Positions 23,560 through 34,962 of a stretch of 64,000 nt of DNA are shown one piece after another. Numbering within the stretch: the stretch's first letter is position 1; every line of letters starts with the position of its first letter. The DNA is from an uncultured Verrucomicrobiae bacterium (GTDB taxonomy: Bacteria > Verrucomicrobiota > Verrucomicrobiia > Chthoniobacterales > Chthoniobacteraceae), in the NCBI GenBank assembly GCA_963769025.1, contig CAVYKI010000002.1:1-64000 (forward strand), in the 5' to 3' direction. The position numbers and the translations under genes were made by a program. A model generated the notes under the pieces. The model saw nothing but the letters and a program-made list of their open reading frames with translations. It had not been told where the DNA came from and ran no database searches.

Positions 23560-23820
23560 ATGAATCGCCCGAACAAAATTGAAGCACTTCCGGGTTTTCG
23601 TATCCGCCTTGCTTACCCCGACGGCGTCGAGGGTGTCATTGATCTCTCGGCGGATGTTGGGCGCGGCGTATTTGCGCCGCTCGCCGACGAGGCATTTTTT
23701 CAGACCGTACACATCGGGCGTTTCGGTCAGATCGCGTGGTCAGAGGACATCGAGATTTGTCCCGACGCCGCTTATCAGGAAATCACTGGCAAGACGGCAA
23801 CTGAAACGGTCCATGCCTGA
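23560..23820 (+). CDS. DUF2442 domain protein
   Basis: RIRLAYPDG..G.IDLS, GVFAPLADEAFF, IAWSEDIEICPD. Confidence 0.85.
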   Translation: MNRPNKIEALPGFRIRLAYPDGVEGVIDLSADVGRGVFAPLADEAFFQTVHIGRFGQIAWSEDIEICPDAAYQEITGKTATETVHA

Positions 23821-24073
23821 AGTCAGCCGGTTTTACGGCATCATCATTCGGTTCTACTACCGTGATCATCCTCCCACTCACTTCCACGCCTTTTACGGAG
23901 AGCATGAGGCGATGATCGAGATCGAGACGGGCGCAATCCATCAAGGCCACTTGCCGAAAACTGCCTATGACCTCGTTGAACGGTGGCGCGCGATCCATCT
24001 GCAAGAGCTTCGGGACGATTGGGACCGAGCCCGGCAGCAACGCCCGCTTTTGCCGATCGCTCCGCTGGAATGA
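23813..24073 (+). CDS. DUF4160 domain protein (HicA-like fold)
   Basis: MPEVSRFYGIIIRFYYRDHPPTHFHAFYG...W...H.QEL..DW...IAPLE. Confidence 0.9.
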   Translation: MPEVSRFYGIIIRFYYRDHPPTHFHAFYGEHEAMIEIETGAIHQGHLPKTAYDLVERWRAIHLQELRDDWDRARQQRPLLPIAPLE

Positions 24074-24082
24074 ACCACTCCC

Positions 24083-25553
<1,471 letters not shown>

Positions 25554-25636
25554 CTCGATGATGCTCGCGGGGGCATCAAAGCCTCCGAGAGGAAGCTCCA
25601 CGTTGAAGTTCGGGAGAAGGAGTCAGCGGCGCTGCA

Positions 25637-26491
25637 TCAATTCGCTGCCACGCGTTTCTTGAGCGTGCGGGCACTGGTGTCCTTCGTCGCTTCCAGCCAC
25701 GACACGTTCGATTTGTCGTCGTCGAACCGCTTGATCCCGACGCGTTTGATCATCGTGTCGGGCACTTTTTTGAGCGGTGTGTAGCGCGGGTGCTGTCCGG
25801 CTTTGTACGGGTCGTTGCTCTTTGCGTTGTAGCAACAGATCATGGACCAGCGCGGCTTGTCGGAGTCGTTGCGCGCCGAGGCGTGCAGCAGGTTGGAGTG
25901 AAAAAACAGCGCGTCGCCCGGTTTCATGACGCAATAGACGAGTTCGTAGCGTTTCATCGCCTCATTCACGCGCTCCATGTCCGCGCCTGCCTGGTCGCCG
26001 GACAGGACGTGCTCCACGCGGCCCATCTGGTGTGAACCTTTGAGGACTTGCATGCAGCCGTTCTCCTTCGTCGCAGCGTCCACGGCGATGGAGACGCTGC
26101 AGAGGTTGGGCGTCAGCACGCCATTTTGATACCAGTAGCCGTAATCCTGATGCCACGCCCACGCGCCGCCGACTCTGGCGTCCTTCATGATCATCTTGGA
26201 GTGGTAATGATACGCCTCGTCGTCGAGCAGTTGCTCGACGGAATCCACCAGCTTGCGGCAACGTGCGAACATCCCGTAAATTCCGTCGCCAGGATGATTC
26301 CACAGCGAGAGCCGGACTTTCGCGCCGGTGCCGTCGTCCCTGCTGAACGAGTGCTGGTCGATCAGCCGATCCTCGTGCGCAGCGCGGCTGAGCAGGTCGA
26401 CCTCATCCTTGTCGAAAAATTTGCGGGCGATGACGAAGCCGTCCCGATGATACGCGGCGACTTGGCTGGCGGTGAGTTTGCCTTTTTTCAT
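25637..26491 (-). CDS. Phytanoyl-CoA dioxygenase family Fe(II)/2-oxoglutarate hydroxylase
   Basis: WHQDYGYW (HxD), ENGCMQVLKGSH, MKPGDALFFHSNLLHAS. Confidence 0.88.
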   Translation of the reverse strand: MKKGKLTASQVAAYHRDGFVIARKFFDKDEVDLLSRAAHEDRLIDQHSFSRDDGTGAKVRLSLWNHPGDGIYGMFARCRKLVDSVEQLLDDEAYHYHSKMIMKDARVGGAWAWHQDYGYWYQNGVLTPNLCSVSIAVDAATKENGCMQVLKGSHQMGRVEHVLSGDQAGADMERVNEAMKRYELVYCVMKPGDALFFHSNLLHASARNDSDKPRWSMICCYNAKSNDPYKAGQHPRYTPLKKVPDTMIKRVGIKRFDDDKSNVSWLEATKDTSARTLKKRVAAN

Positions 26492-26596
26492 GGGGTGGGG
26501 GAGGGGTTACGAGGAAGGATATGCGCATTCAATCGCATGGCATCCTTCGATTTGGAAGCGGCCGATCGGGCGTTGCCTCCGGTGTTGGCGGCCGGC

Positions 26597-26851
26597 TTAC
26601 GGCGGCGCAGAGCGGCCGTCCTCTTCGATGATTTCCACCGTCGCCCGTCCTCCGTGCTTCGCGGCGGCCGCATCGAGGAGGTTCCGGATCGCGGCGATGG
26701 TCTGCCCATGCTTGCCGACGACTTTCCCGATGTCGGACTTCCGCATCTGAAGGCGGAAAATCGTCTTCTTCGGATCGTCATCTTTCACGATGACGACCTC
26801 GTCTGGAAACTCGACAATCTGCCGCAGCACGAAATCAAGGAAGCGTTCCAT
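26597..26851 (-). CDS. khpA: KH-domain RNA-binding protein
   Basis: DIGKVVGKHGQTIAAIRNLL; lies after rpsP. Confidence 0.88.
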   Translation of the reverse strand: MERFLDFVLRQIVEFPDEVVIVKDDDPKKTIFRLQMRKSDIGKVVGKHGQTIAAIRNLLDAAAAKHGGRATVEIIEEDGRSAPP

Positions 26852-26958
26852 GGGACCCTTGTAAGCGTGCCACGTGAAAACGGAAAAGCGGAAAGTTCAG
26901 GAACAGGTCCCAAACTTTCCGCTGAAATCGCTGCGGCGAAATGCCGCGCAGACCGTGC

Positions 26959-27210
26959 TTACTTCGCGACGGAGGCCTTGCGGACCTTCTTGAGCAGGCT
27001 GCGAACGGTGTCGCTCGGCTTTGCACCTTGCCCGATCCAGTAGTCGGCCCGGGCGAGATCGATGTTCGCGTTGAGGTCCGTTTTCTTTGGATCGTAGTTC
27101 CCGATGATCTCGATGAACTTGCCGTCGCGCGGGCTGCGCTGATCGGTCACGACGACCTTATAGTACGGGGTGTTGGTAGTGCCTTCGCGGCGGAGACGGA
27201 TTGCGACCAT
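26959..27210 (-). CDS. rpsP: 30S ribosomal protein S16
   Basis: MVAIRLRR, PRDGKFIEIIGNYDP, WIGQGAKPSDTV. Confidence 0.98.
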   Translation of the reverse strand: MVAIRLRREGTTNTPYYKVVVTDQRSPRDGKFIEIIGNYDPKKTDLNANIDLARADYWIGQGAKPSDTVRSLLKKVRKASVAK

Positions 27211-27247
27211 GATTCGTTTTTTGTGCTGCTTCTGTTTGTTTGTAAAA

Positions 27248-28585
27248 TTAAGGGCCGCCCCGTTTGAAAAGACCCTGGCCTTTGGATTTGGCCATCATCT
27301 TTTGCATCTTGGGCATCTGCTTCATCATCTTGCGCATCTCATTGAAGCGCGTGATGAGGTCATTCACTTGGGTGACGGTATGGCCGCTCCCACGGGCGAT
27401 GCGCTGGCGGCGGCGGGCATTCAGAATGTCCGGCGTCGTGCGCTCCTTCGGAGTCATCGAAAGGACGATGGCTTCGATCCGTTTGAGCTGCTTTTCGTCA
27501 AGCGAAAGGTTTTTGAGACTACCCATGCCGGGCAACATGCCAAGGATTTTTTCCAGGGGCCCCAGCTTGCGCATGAATTTGAACTGCTCGAGGAAGTCGT
27601 TGAAGTCGAAAGTCGCATTGCGAATCTTCGCTTCCATCCGCTTCGCATCCTCCTCGTCGATCGCCGCCGCCGCGCTCTCCACGAGCGTGACCACGTCGCC
27701 CATCCCGAGGATTCGCCCCGCGAGCCGGTCCGGGTGGAATACCTCGAAGGCCTCCAGCTTTTCGCCGGTGCCGGCGAATTTGATCGGCCGTTTCGTCACC
27801 TCGCGCATCGAGAGCGCCGCGCCGCCGCGGGCGTCGCCGTCAAGCTTCGTGAGTATGAGTCCCGTGATGTCGAGCGCCTCGTGGAAATGCGTCGCCACAC
27901 TCACCGCCTGCTGGCCGGTGGCGGCGTCAGCGACGAGCAGCACTTCCTGCGGCTTCAGATATTCCCGCACGCTGCGCACTTCGGCGATGAGCGCCTCGTC
28001 AATTTCCTGCCGGCCCGCCGTGTCGTAGATTTCGACATTGTGCGGCGTCTGCGCGAGCCATTCGGCGGCTAGCTTCGCCGTCGCGAGCACATCCGTCGCG
28101 CCCGGCTGCGGGACGAAAACAGGAATCGAAAGCTGCCGCCCGAGCGTCGCGAGCTGCTCGATGGCGGCAGGCCGGTAAAGGTCGAGCGCGATCAGCACCG
28201 GAGCCTTGCCCTGCTTTTTCAGAAAGTTCGCGAGCTTCCCGCAAGTCGTCGTCTTACCCGCACCGTTCAGACCGACGACCAGGACGCGCGCCGGCCCCGA
28301 AAGGTCGAGCGGCGAAGCATCGCCCCCGAGCAGCACCGTGAGTTCGTCGTGGAAAATTTTGACAATCTGCTGTCCCGGCGAAATGGATTTCAGCACCTCC
28401 TCGCCTAGCGCCTTTTCCTTCACGCGTGCGATGAAGTCCTTCGCAACTTGGAAATGCACATCCGCCTCCAGCAGCGCCATGCGCACCTCGCGGAGCGCAT
28501 CCGTGACGTTCGTCTCCGAGATCTTTCCCTTCCCGGAAAGATTGCGGAAGACCCCCTGAAGTTTGTCGGCGAGCAGGCTGAACAT
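27248..28585 (-). CDS. ffh: Signal recognition particle protein
   Basis: ALLEADV, GLNGAGKTTT, DTAGR, TKLDGDARGGAALS, RILGMGD, M domain RRQRIARGSG. Confidence 0.98.
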   Translation of the reverse strand: MFSLLADKLQGVFRNLSGKGKISETNVTDALREVRMALLEADVHFQVAKDFIARVKEKALGEEVLKSISPGQQIVKIFHDELTVLLGGDASPLDLSGPARVLVVGLNGAGKTTTCGKLANFLKKQGKAPVLIALDLYRPAAIEQLATLGRQLSIPVFVPQPGATDVLATAKLAAEWLAQTPHNVEIYDTAGRQEIDEALIAEVRSVREYLKPQEVLLVADAATGQQAVSVATHFHEALDITGLILTKLDGDARGGAALSMREVTKRPIKFAGTGEKLEAFEVFHPDRLAGRILGMGDVVTLVESAAAAIDEEDAKRMEAKIRNATFDFNDFLEQFKFMRKLGPLEKILGMLPGMGSLKNLSLDEKQLKRIEAIVLSMTPKERTTPDILNARRRQRIARGSGHTVTQVNDLITRFNEMRKMMKQMPKMQKMMAKSKGQGLFKRGGP

Positions 28586-28701
28586 GAAGGCGCGGACCTT
28601 ACCCTTCCCGGCAGCCTTGTCCAGCGAGCCTCGCCATCCGCGCGTTCCTGCACCAGGCCGCCATCAAGATCATGACTGGAAATGAAACGCCGAAACGCGT
28701 G

Positions 28702-29193
28702 TCAATTGCTGGGTGCCGGAAGGGGTGGTGGGGCTTGCGGCCTTGGCAAAGGAGGACCGCCCGGCGGGGTTCGGACGATGGGAATCTGAGGAGGGAGCGG
28801 TCTCCGAACTTCTGGCTGTCCGGGCGGTGGCCTTGTCCCGAATGGAGCCGGGGGCGCGGGAGACTTTGTGAACCCCATCGGCGGACGATCGACCGGTGGC
28901 GCAACGATGATGACTGGCGCGGGCGCGACCGTGACCGCGCGATGTCTGTCGTAAGCGCCACGTGAGAGGGGGCTCTGCCAATTGCGATTCCTTTCCTCAA
29001 GCCAGTTTGCTTTCGGCGTCGGACCCCGGGCGCCCTGCGCATTTTTGTCGAGCCGTGCATTCGCGCCGGCGGGTGTGTCGGTTGTTTCGGCTTGACGCGA
29101 TTCTGCCGCTGCTCGCGCCACCCGATGCTTTTCATACTGCGAACCCAAGTACAATGCCGCACCGAGTGAACAAACGGCGATCAGGGTTTTCAC
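28702..29193 (-). CDS. Hypothetical membrane-anchored Pro-rich protein
   Basis: GTG start overlapping the upstream stop; N-terminal hydrophobic helix; NWLEERNRNWQSPL motif. Confidence 0.55.
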   Translation of the reverse strand: MKTLIAVCSLGAALYLGSQYEKHRVARAAAESRQAETTDTPAGANARLDKNAQGARGPTPKANWLEERNRNWQSPLSRGAYDRHRAVTVAPAPVIIVAPPVDRPPMGFTKSPAPPAPFGTRPPPGQPEVRRPLPPQIPIVRTPPGGPPLPRPQAPPPLPAPSN

Positions 29194-29393
29194 TTGAGAG
29201 GGCTCCGCCAATCGCGATTTCTCTCAACGACCCAGTTCGGCGTCGGTGTTGGCGTTGGTGCCGGACGGGGCTTCGCCATCCTGAGTTCTGCGATTTTGGC
29301 ATTTGCAGTTTCGAGCTCGTTCGACATGCGATGATACCGCAACCCAATCCAAAACGCCAAACCGAGCAGAGAAATAGCCAGGAGTTCCTTCAT
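29190..29393 (-). CDS. Small membrane-anchored protein, paralog of the downstream gene
   Basis: MKELLAISLLGLAFWIG, short coiled coil, PT repeat, NWVVERNRDWRSPL. Confidence 0.6.
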   Translation of the reverse strand: MKELLAISLLGLAFWIGLRYHRMSNELETANAKIAELRMAKPRPAPTPTPTPNWVVERNRDWRSPLK

Positions 29394-29690
29394 TTTTGGA
29401 GATCAAACAGTGGGTTTTCGACACTCGCCGATCACGGATCCCATCTCTGACCGCACCCGTGCCGGGACCGAACAGATCCTGAATACGCGAAACCTTGCCG
29501 ATGAAAATGGATGGCCAGCGTGTAGCAGGCGACGCAAGTCCCCCAAGTTTTTTCATCGCGCCTCCCAAGGCGAGTTCTCTCGAACGACGTGATCGTCATA
29601 AAAACGACGCTTCCCCTCTGCATGTCCCGCTTCTTCGGTGTGAAAACACCTGGAACAACGACTCACGCGCTTGGACGTTCGAATAACTTC

Positions 29691-29719
29691 TTGCCCCGGA
29701 GCATAAGGCTTCGCATAGT
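29691..29719 (+). promoter_or_regulatory. Sigma-70-type promoter of tRNA-Glu
   Basis: TTGCCC-N17-CATAGT about 20 bp upstream of the tRNA. Confidence 0.55.
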
Positions 29720-29738
29720 CCCCCCCTCTTTTCCGAGA

Positions 29739-29814
29739 GACCCTATCGTCCAGTGGCCTAGGACATCGCCCTTTCACGGCGAGAACACGGGTTCGAATCC
29801 CGTTAGGGTCGCCA
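29739..29814 (+). tRNA. tRNA-Glu (UUC)
   Basis: Acceptor GACCCTA/TAGGGTC, anticodon arm TCGCC-CTTTCAC-GGCGA, T-loop GTTCGAATC, encoded CCA. Confidence 0.97.
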
Positions 29815-30317
29815 TCACCATCAGGCACTTACGCCACTTCGGTTGATGTGCATGATGGCCGCAGGACAACGCTTGCGGCCCACAAGTCCTCCGTCCAACA
29901 CGCCAAGGTCGTGCGCGTCGGGTACTCCAACGCCTACCGGGGCACCAGCGATGAGCCCTCCATCAGGGGAATCCCGGATGAACATGCGCGGCTGCTTCAA
30001 GCGATCGTTTGAACTGAAGATCGAAGGCATCGTGATCCCCCTATGCCGCGCTGGAGCCGATGGGGGCCGAGTTGCAGGGGTTGTTCGCGCGCCACGGGGC
30101 GAGCGCGGCGCTCTCGGCGAAGGCGGCCATCACGCCGGGAAGGAGTTCCTTGCCGCTCGCCACACAGCGAGACTTCGGCGAGGCGTTCGCCGCAGCGTCT
30201 CGCCATGGTTTTCGATGGCGATCACGATCGAGCCGAAGCGTTGTTGAAACCCCGCGACGCAAGTTTCTCAGTCGCGAAATGGACGATCGCGAGGGGGAGA
30301 CGATTGCCGTTTTTTGG

Positions 30318-30539
30318 CTACCGCCTCCGAAGGATCAGGATGAAAAGGACGACCCCGCCCGCGAGCAGGGCGGTGCCGAGCATGACGGGGCTGGCGGTTT
30401 GGCGCGGGGCGGCGATGACGTGCGAGGCCGGGGCGACCTGGATGGCCGGGGGTGAGGTGGCGATAAACGCGGACGAGATCAGCTTGAGGCCGAGAAAAAT
30501 GATGCCGACGGCGACAATGCTGAGGATCGCGCGCATCAT
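30318..30539 (-). CDS. Small two-TM membrane protein
   Basis: Two hydrophobic helices, C-terminal RRR; start overlaps the activator stop. Confidence 0.5.
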   Translation of the reverse strand: MMRAILSIVAVGIIFLGLKLISSAFIATSPPAIQVAPASHVIAAPRQTASPVMLGTALLAGGVVLFILILRRR

Positions 30540-31961
30540 TTGCCGGCGCCCTCCCGCGCGGGGTGGATGCCGAAGTGGGTGAGCTTCTCTCGCATGGTGA
30601 TGCGCGAGACGCCGAGCCAGCGGGCGGCCTTGGCCTGGTTGCCTTGGGCGAGCCGGATGGCCTGGGTGAAAAGCTCGCGGTCGGCGTTCTCGAAAAGTTC
30701 GGCTCGCACATTATCGACTTCGCCCCGGCTCGCGGCGGCGAGCAACTCGGTGACGTGGGCGCCGATGGGCGAGCCTGCGGTGGCGCGCGCTGGCGAGGCG
30801 CCCAGCGCCTTGCGGATGTCTGACGGGCCGATGGCGTAGCCGCGCGCGAGGAGCAGGGCTTTGCGGACGGTGTTTTCCAATTCGCGGATGTTTCCCGGCC
30901 ACGGCTGTTCGCCGAGGAGTTTCATGGCTTTGGGCTGGATGGTCGCGCGCTCGGCGCCGAGTTCCTTGCCGTAGCGCCGGAGGAAATACTGCACGAGCGC
31001 CGGGATGTCTTCGGCGCGTTCGCGCAGCGGCGGCAGCGTGATGACCACGACGCTGAGCCGGTAAAACAAGTCGTCGCGAAACTGCTTTTCGTGCATCGCC
31101 GCCTCGAGGTCGCGGTGCGTCGCGGCGATGACGCGCACGTCGATCGGGATGGTCTCCTTGCCACCGAGTCGCTGGATGGATTTTTCCTGGAGCACGCGCA
31201 GGAGTTTGGCCTGCGTGTTCGGCGCTCAGGTCGCCGATTTCATCGAGGAAAATGGTGCCGCCGTGCGCCTGCTCGAAACGCCCGATGCGCCGCGAGTCGG
31301 CTCCGGTAAAGGCGCCGCGCTCGTGGCCGAAGAGTTCGCTCTCCAGCAGCGTCTCGGGGATCGCGGCGCAATTCACGGCGATGAACGGTTTTTCCGCGCG
31401 GTCGCTGTGCTGGTAGATCGCGCGGGCGACGAGTTCCTTGCCGGTGCCGGTCTCGCCGCGGATGAGCACGCTCACGGGCTTCGCCGCGACGCGGCCGATC
31501 TCTTTATAAATCTCCTGCATCGCGCGGCTCTGACCGACGATCGAGTCTCGCGCAGCAGAGGCGCTGCCGAGCGTGACGGGCGCAAGCATCATGCGGCTGC
31601 TGGCGATCGCCTTTTGCACGAGGCCCAGCAACTCGGGGATCTCGAAGGGCTTCACGAGATAGTCGTAAGCGCCGAGCTTCGTCGCCTCGATCGCCGTGTC
31701 GGTCGAGCCGTGCGCGGTCATCAGGATCACCGGCAGGCGCGGCTGCGCGGCGTGCAAGCGCCGAAGCACTTCCAATCCGCTCGCGCCGGGCAGTCGGAAA
31801 TCGGTGATGACGAGGTCGCAGTCTTTCTTCGTGGCACGCGCCAGTCCCAGTTCGCCGGTTTCGGCGAGGAGGACTTTCCAGCCCTCGGCTTCGAGCACGC
31901 GGCGCAGTTCGCCGGCGATGCTGGCGTCGTCCTCGATGAGCAAAATCGTGGCGGCCTTCAT
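30536..31961 (-). CDS. Sigma-54-dependent NtrC-family response regulator (frameshift about 31225)
   Basis: Receiver [43 protein letters not shown], Fis-type HTH. Confidence 0.95.
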
Positions 31962-33670
31962 GGCGTTTTGTCGACCGGGAACACGATGCGGAAAACTGTG
32001 CCGCGCTTGCCGAGCGTCTGAAAACGGAGCGCGCCGCCGTGCCGCTCGACGATGCGCGAGGCGATGGAAAGCCCGAGGCCGGTGCCGCTCGCCTTCGTGG
32101 TGAAAAACGGATCGAAAAGCCGCGCCTGCACCTCCGGCGGGATGCCCTTGCCGGTATCCTTCACCTCGAGCGTCACGGCGTTCCATGCGCGCTCGCCGAA
32201 TCCGACGCGCCGCTGCCGGGCGCGCAGCGTGATCGCGCCATCGCGGCCGATGCTCTCGGCAGCGTTGCGGATGAGATTGATGAGCACCTGCTTGATTTGC
32301 TGACGGTCGGCGCGCACCGGCGTTTCCACGGCCTCCGAGATCGAGAGCCGGATCGCGGATTTTTTCATCTGCTCGTCCAGCAGTTCGCGCACTTCCCGCA
32401 GCAGTTCCGCAGGCGAAACCGGCTCGAAGACCGGGTCGCCCGGACGCGCAAACTGCAAAAACTCGCGCACGATGCGCTCCAGACGCCCGATTTCCTCGGA
32501 GATGAATTCGCCGTCCTCGGCTTCGGGCGACCCTTTGGGGAGCCGCTTTTGGTGGGTGTAAAGGCGTGCCTTGATCGCCGTCAGCGGATTGCGAATTTCG
32601 TGCGCAACGCCCGAGGCGAGCACGGCGAGGGACGCGAGTTTTTTCGACTCCACAAGCGCCGCGTTGCTCATCGCTGCGCTGACCAGTCCCGCCATGAGTT
32701 GCGCGACGCGCACGTCGCGCCCGCCAAATGCGTGCGGCTCGCTGGAGAGGACTTTCAGCACGCCGGCCGCCGGGCCGTCGTGATACAGCGGCACCACGAT
32801 CATCGAGCGCAGGCCGACCTTCCGGCAGGCCGCGCGGTCCACCTGCGAAGCGGTCCTGGTTTCGTCGCATCGGAAGATTTCGCCCGTGCGGAAGCACTCG
32901 CGCGCGAGGCCCGAGGCGATGCCCAGCCACACCGGGACGTGCCGCGTGGCGATGCCGGTGGCGAAGCGGGAGACGAGTTCACTTTGCTCCAGCAGATCGA
33001 TCGCGGCACCGCTCGCGTGGGTGAGTTCCTGTGTCTGCTGGGCGATCAGAGTCATCACCTCCTGAAAGTCCCTGCCGCTGCCGGCGATCTCGCGCTGGAC
33101 GGCGATGATCGTGGAGAGCCGCCCCGCGTCCTCTCGCAGAGCAGCGTCCACTCGCGCCAGTTCCGCGGTTCGCTCCTCCACGCGCTTTTCGAGTTCCTCA
33201 CGTGCCTGCTTGAGTTCCCGCTCGATGCGCTTGCGCTCGGTGATGTCGCGCACGGTCGCGATCACGGCCCGGCCTTCGTGCGTTTCCACCGGGCTGAGCA
33301 TGATGTCCACGGGGAACTCCGTCCCATCCCTGCGCCGGGCCGACAATTCCAGCCCCGCGCCCATCTCCCTCGCGTGCGGCGCGGCGGCGTAATTGCCCCG
33401 GTGCTGCGTGTGGCGCTTGCGAACGTGCGAGGGGATCAGCGATTCGACCATCTTGCCTGTCAGCTCCTTGCCCGTGTAGCCGAACATCGTCTCAGCCCTG
33501 TCATTGATGCGCGCAATCCGCCCTTTCGCATCGACCAGCAACATCGCATCGGGTGCGAAGCGAAACAGCGCGGCGAGCGTGTCGTTGAGCACCTGCAGGC
33601 CATCGGCACGCGCAGTCCCGGTGACTTGGGCGCGGCCCTCGCGGGCCGGATTCTTTCGGGAATTCTTCAT
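31958..33670 (-). CDS. Cytoplasmic PAS-GAF sensor histidine kinase
   Basis: PAS ([16 protein letters not shown]), GAF, H box [11 protein letters not shown] boxes NLIRNA, DTGKG, PFFTTK, GTGLGL; no TM helix seen. Confidence 0.93.
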   Translation of the reverse strand: MKNSRKNPAREGRAQVTGTARADGLQVLNDTLAALFRFAPDAMLLVDAKGRIARINDRAETMFGYTGKELTGKMVESLIPSHVRKRHTQHRGNYAAAPHAREMGAGLELSARRRDGTEFPVDIMLSPVETHEGRAVIATVRDITERKRIERELKQAREELEKRVEERTAELARVDAALREDAGRLSTIIAVQREIAGSGRDFQEVMTLIAQQTQELTHASGAAIDLLEQSELVSRFATGIATRHVPVWLGIASGLARECFRTGEIFRCDETRTASQVDRAACRKVGLRSMIVVPLYHDGPAAGVLKVLSSEPHAFGGRDVRVAQLMAGLVSAAMSNAALVESKKLASLAVLASGVAHEIRNPLTAIKARLYTHQKRLPKGSPEAEDGEFISEEIGRLERIVREFLQFARPGDPVFEPVSPAELLREVRELLDEQMKKSAIRLSISEAVETPVRADRQQIKQVLINLIRNAAESIGRDGAITLRARQRRVGFGERAWNAVTLEVKDTGKGIPPEVQARLFDPFFTTKASGTGLGLSIASRIVERHGGALRFQTLGKRGTVFRIVFPVDKTP

Positions 33671-33828
33671 GGTTTTGGTGCGGGCAGGATGAGTGAAGGA
33701 TTCGCGCCTGAGGAGCTAAGCAACTTGGCACCTGATGGCAAGGGACTTACCACATCTTCCGTCCCCTACGGTTTCATGGGTAGTCGCAACGCACTGTGCC
33801 TCAAGAGCATGGGACTCTGTCGCCTCGG

Positions 33829-33844
33829 CGGCATGGGGGAAGCT
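33829..33844 (+). promoter_or_regulatory. Putative sigma-54 promoter for the HPF-USP-ppsA operon
   Basis: CGGCATGGGGGAAGCT (GG-N10-GC) 31 bp before the ATG at 33876, divergent from the kinase/activator pair. Confidence 0.45.
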
Positions 33845-33875
33845 AAAGCGATGGGCGACGAAACGATCCCAATCC

Positions 33876-34034
33876 ATGCAAATGCATCTCAGCCCTCGCA
33901 ACCTCCGGCTCAGCGGTGCCATCCACGCCTACATCGCGGAAGTGGGCGACAAGCTCGCCCGCCAGCTCCGCAAACGGAAAACGCGCCTCGTGGATAAGCG
34001 GCGCAAATCCTCGCCCAAGGAGAGCCGGCGATGA
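33876..34034 (+). pseudogene. Internally deleted ribosome hibernation factor (HPF/RaiA), 52 aa
   Basis: HPF N-terminus MQMHLSPRNLRLSGAIHAYIAE joined in frame to C-terminal helix DKLARQLRKRKTRL. Confidence 0.7.
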
Positions 34035-34468
34035 AAACGAAAGTCCTGCTCGTGGACGATGACGCCTCGGTTGTCGCCGCGCTCGGAGGCATGTTGCGCT
34101 CGGAGGGTTACGAGGTGATTCAGGCATTCGACGGCCGCGAGGCGCTCCAGCACTTTCGCGCCAGCGGCGGCACCGACCTCGCCCTGCTCGATCTCTGCAT
34201 GCCGGTGAAAGGCGGGTGGGACACCTTTGAGCAACTCACCACGATCAACCCGCTGCTGCCGATCATCGTCATCACCGCGCGCCCCGGCCAGTATCCGATG
34301 GCCGTCGCCGCCGGAGTCGCCGCGCTGATGGAGAAGCCGCTCGATATTCCACTGCTCCTCGAAACCATGCGCAAGCTTTTGGGCGAACCGCCCGAGACGC
34401 GGCTGGCGCGGATCGCAGGGCGGTCCCCGCGCACTCTTTACCTCGAATCGCCGGACCCACGCGTTTGA
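34031..34468 (+). CDS. Single-domain response regulator receiver
   Basis: VLLVDDD, LLDLCMP, IVITA, EKP. Confidence 0.9.
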   Translation: MKTKVLLVDDDASVVAALGGMLRSEGYEVIQAFDGREALQHFRASGGTDLALLDLCMPVKGGWDTFEQLTTINPLLPIIVITARPGQYPMAVAAGVAALMEKPLDIPLLLETMRKLLGEPPETRLARIAGRSPRTLYLESPDPRV

Positions 34469-34962
34469 AACGCAACCCTCACACCCTCCAAGTGCAACCA
34501 AAGTTCAAATCCACGAGCAACCTCAGCGACAACCTCGCCGCCTACAAAACTTACGCCGCCGAGGAGGGGATCAATCTCGAACGCTTTGTCGAGCGCGGTG
34601 GCCGGCTGCTCGGTGCCAAGGCCTTCTCGGCCCTGCCCGGCGGACTCGCCGTGTTCCGGGAGAAAATCAGTTCGCTGCACAGGAAGCATCCGCGGCTCAG
34701 CCGTCAACTCGGGTTCCTCGCGAGCTACTTCGAGTCCGCTCCCAAGAATCTTCCGGAGGCCGTCCTGAATGAAACGGCCTTTGCACTGCTCTATGCGGTG
34801 CAGGACAACGATCTGCTGCCGGACGACATGCCGGAGGTGGGGCACGTGGATGATGCAGCCGTCGCCGAGATCGTGCTCACCCGGCACTCCGCAATCTTCG
34901 AGCAGCACTGCGCCGGGCACGGCATCGAGTGGGCCGCACTGAAACCCGAAAGCCAGCCATGA
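34465..34962 (+). CDS. DUF1232 (YkvA)-like protein
   Basis: AFALLYAV..NDLLPDDMPEVGHVDDAAV. Confidence 0.6.
   Translation: MKRNPHTLQVQPKFKSTSNLSDNLAAYKTYAAEEGINLERFVERGGRLLGAKAFSALPGGLAVFREKISSLHRKHPRLSRQLGFLASYFESAPKNLPEAVLNETAFALLYAVQDNDLLPDDMPEVGHVDDAAVAEIVLTRHSAIFEQHCAGHGIEWAALKPESQP

Noticed and set aside
23545..23560. CGGCATCTTCACCGCA sigma-54-like motif before DUF2442
   Set aside because: The -12 element abuts the start codon, so transcription would start inside the gene
29843..30300. Possible nucleotidyltransferase remnant (+) and Hpt-domain remnant (-) right after the tRNA
   Set aside because: Only vague similarity across broken frames; cannot be supported without a search
33725..33741. 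TTGGCACCTGATGGCA as a sigma-54 promoter
   Set aside because: GG-to-GC spacing is 9 nt, not 10
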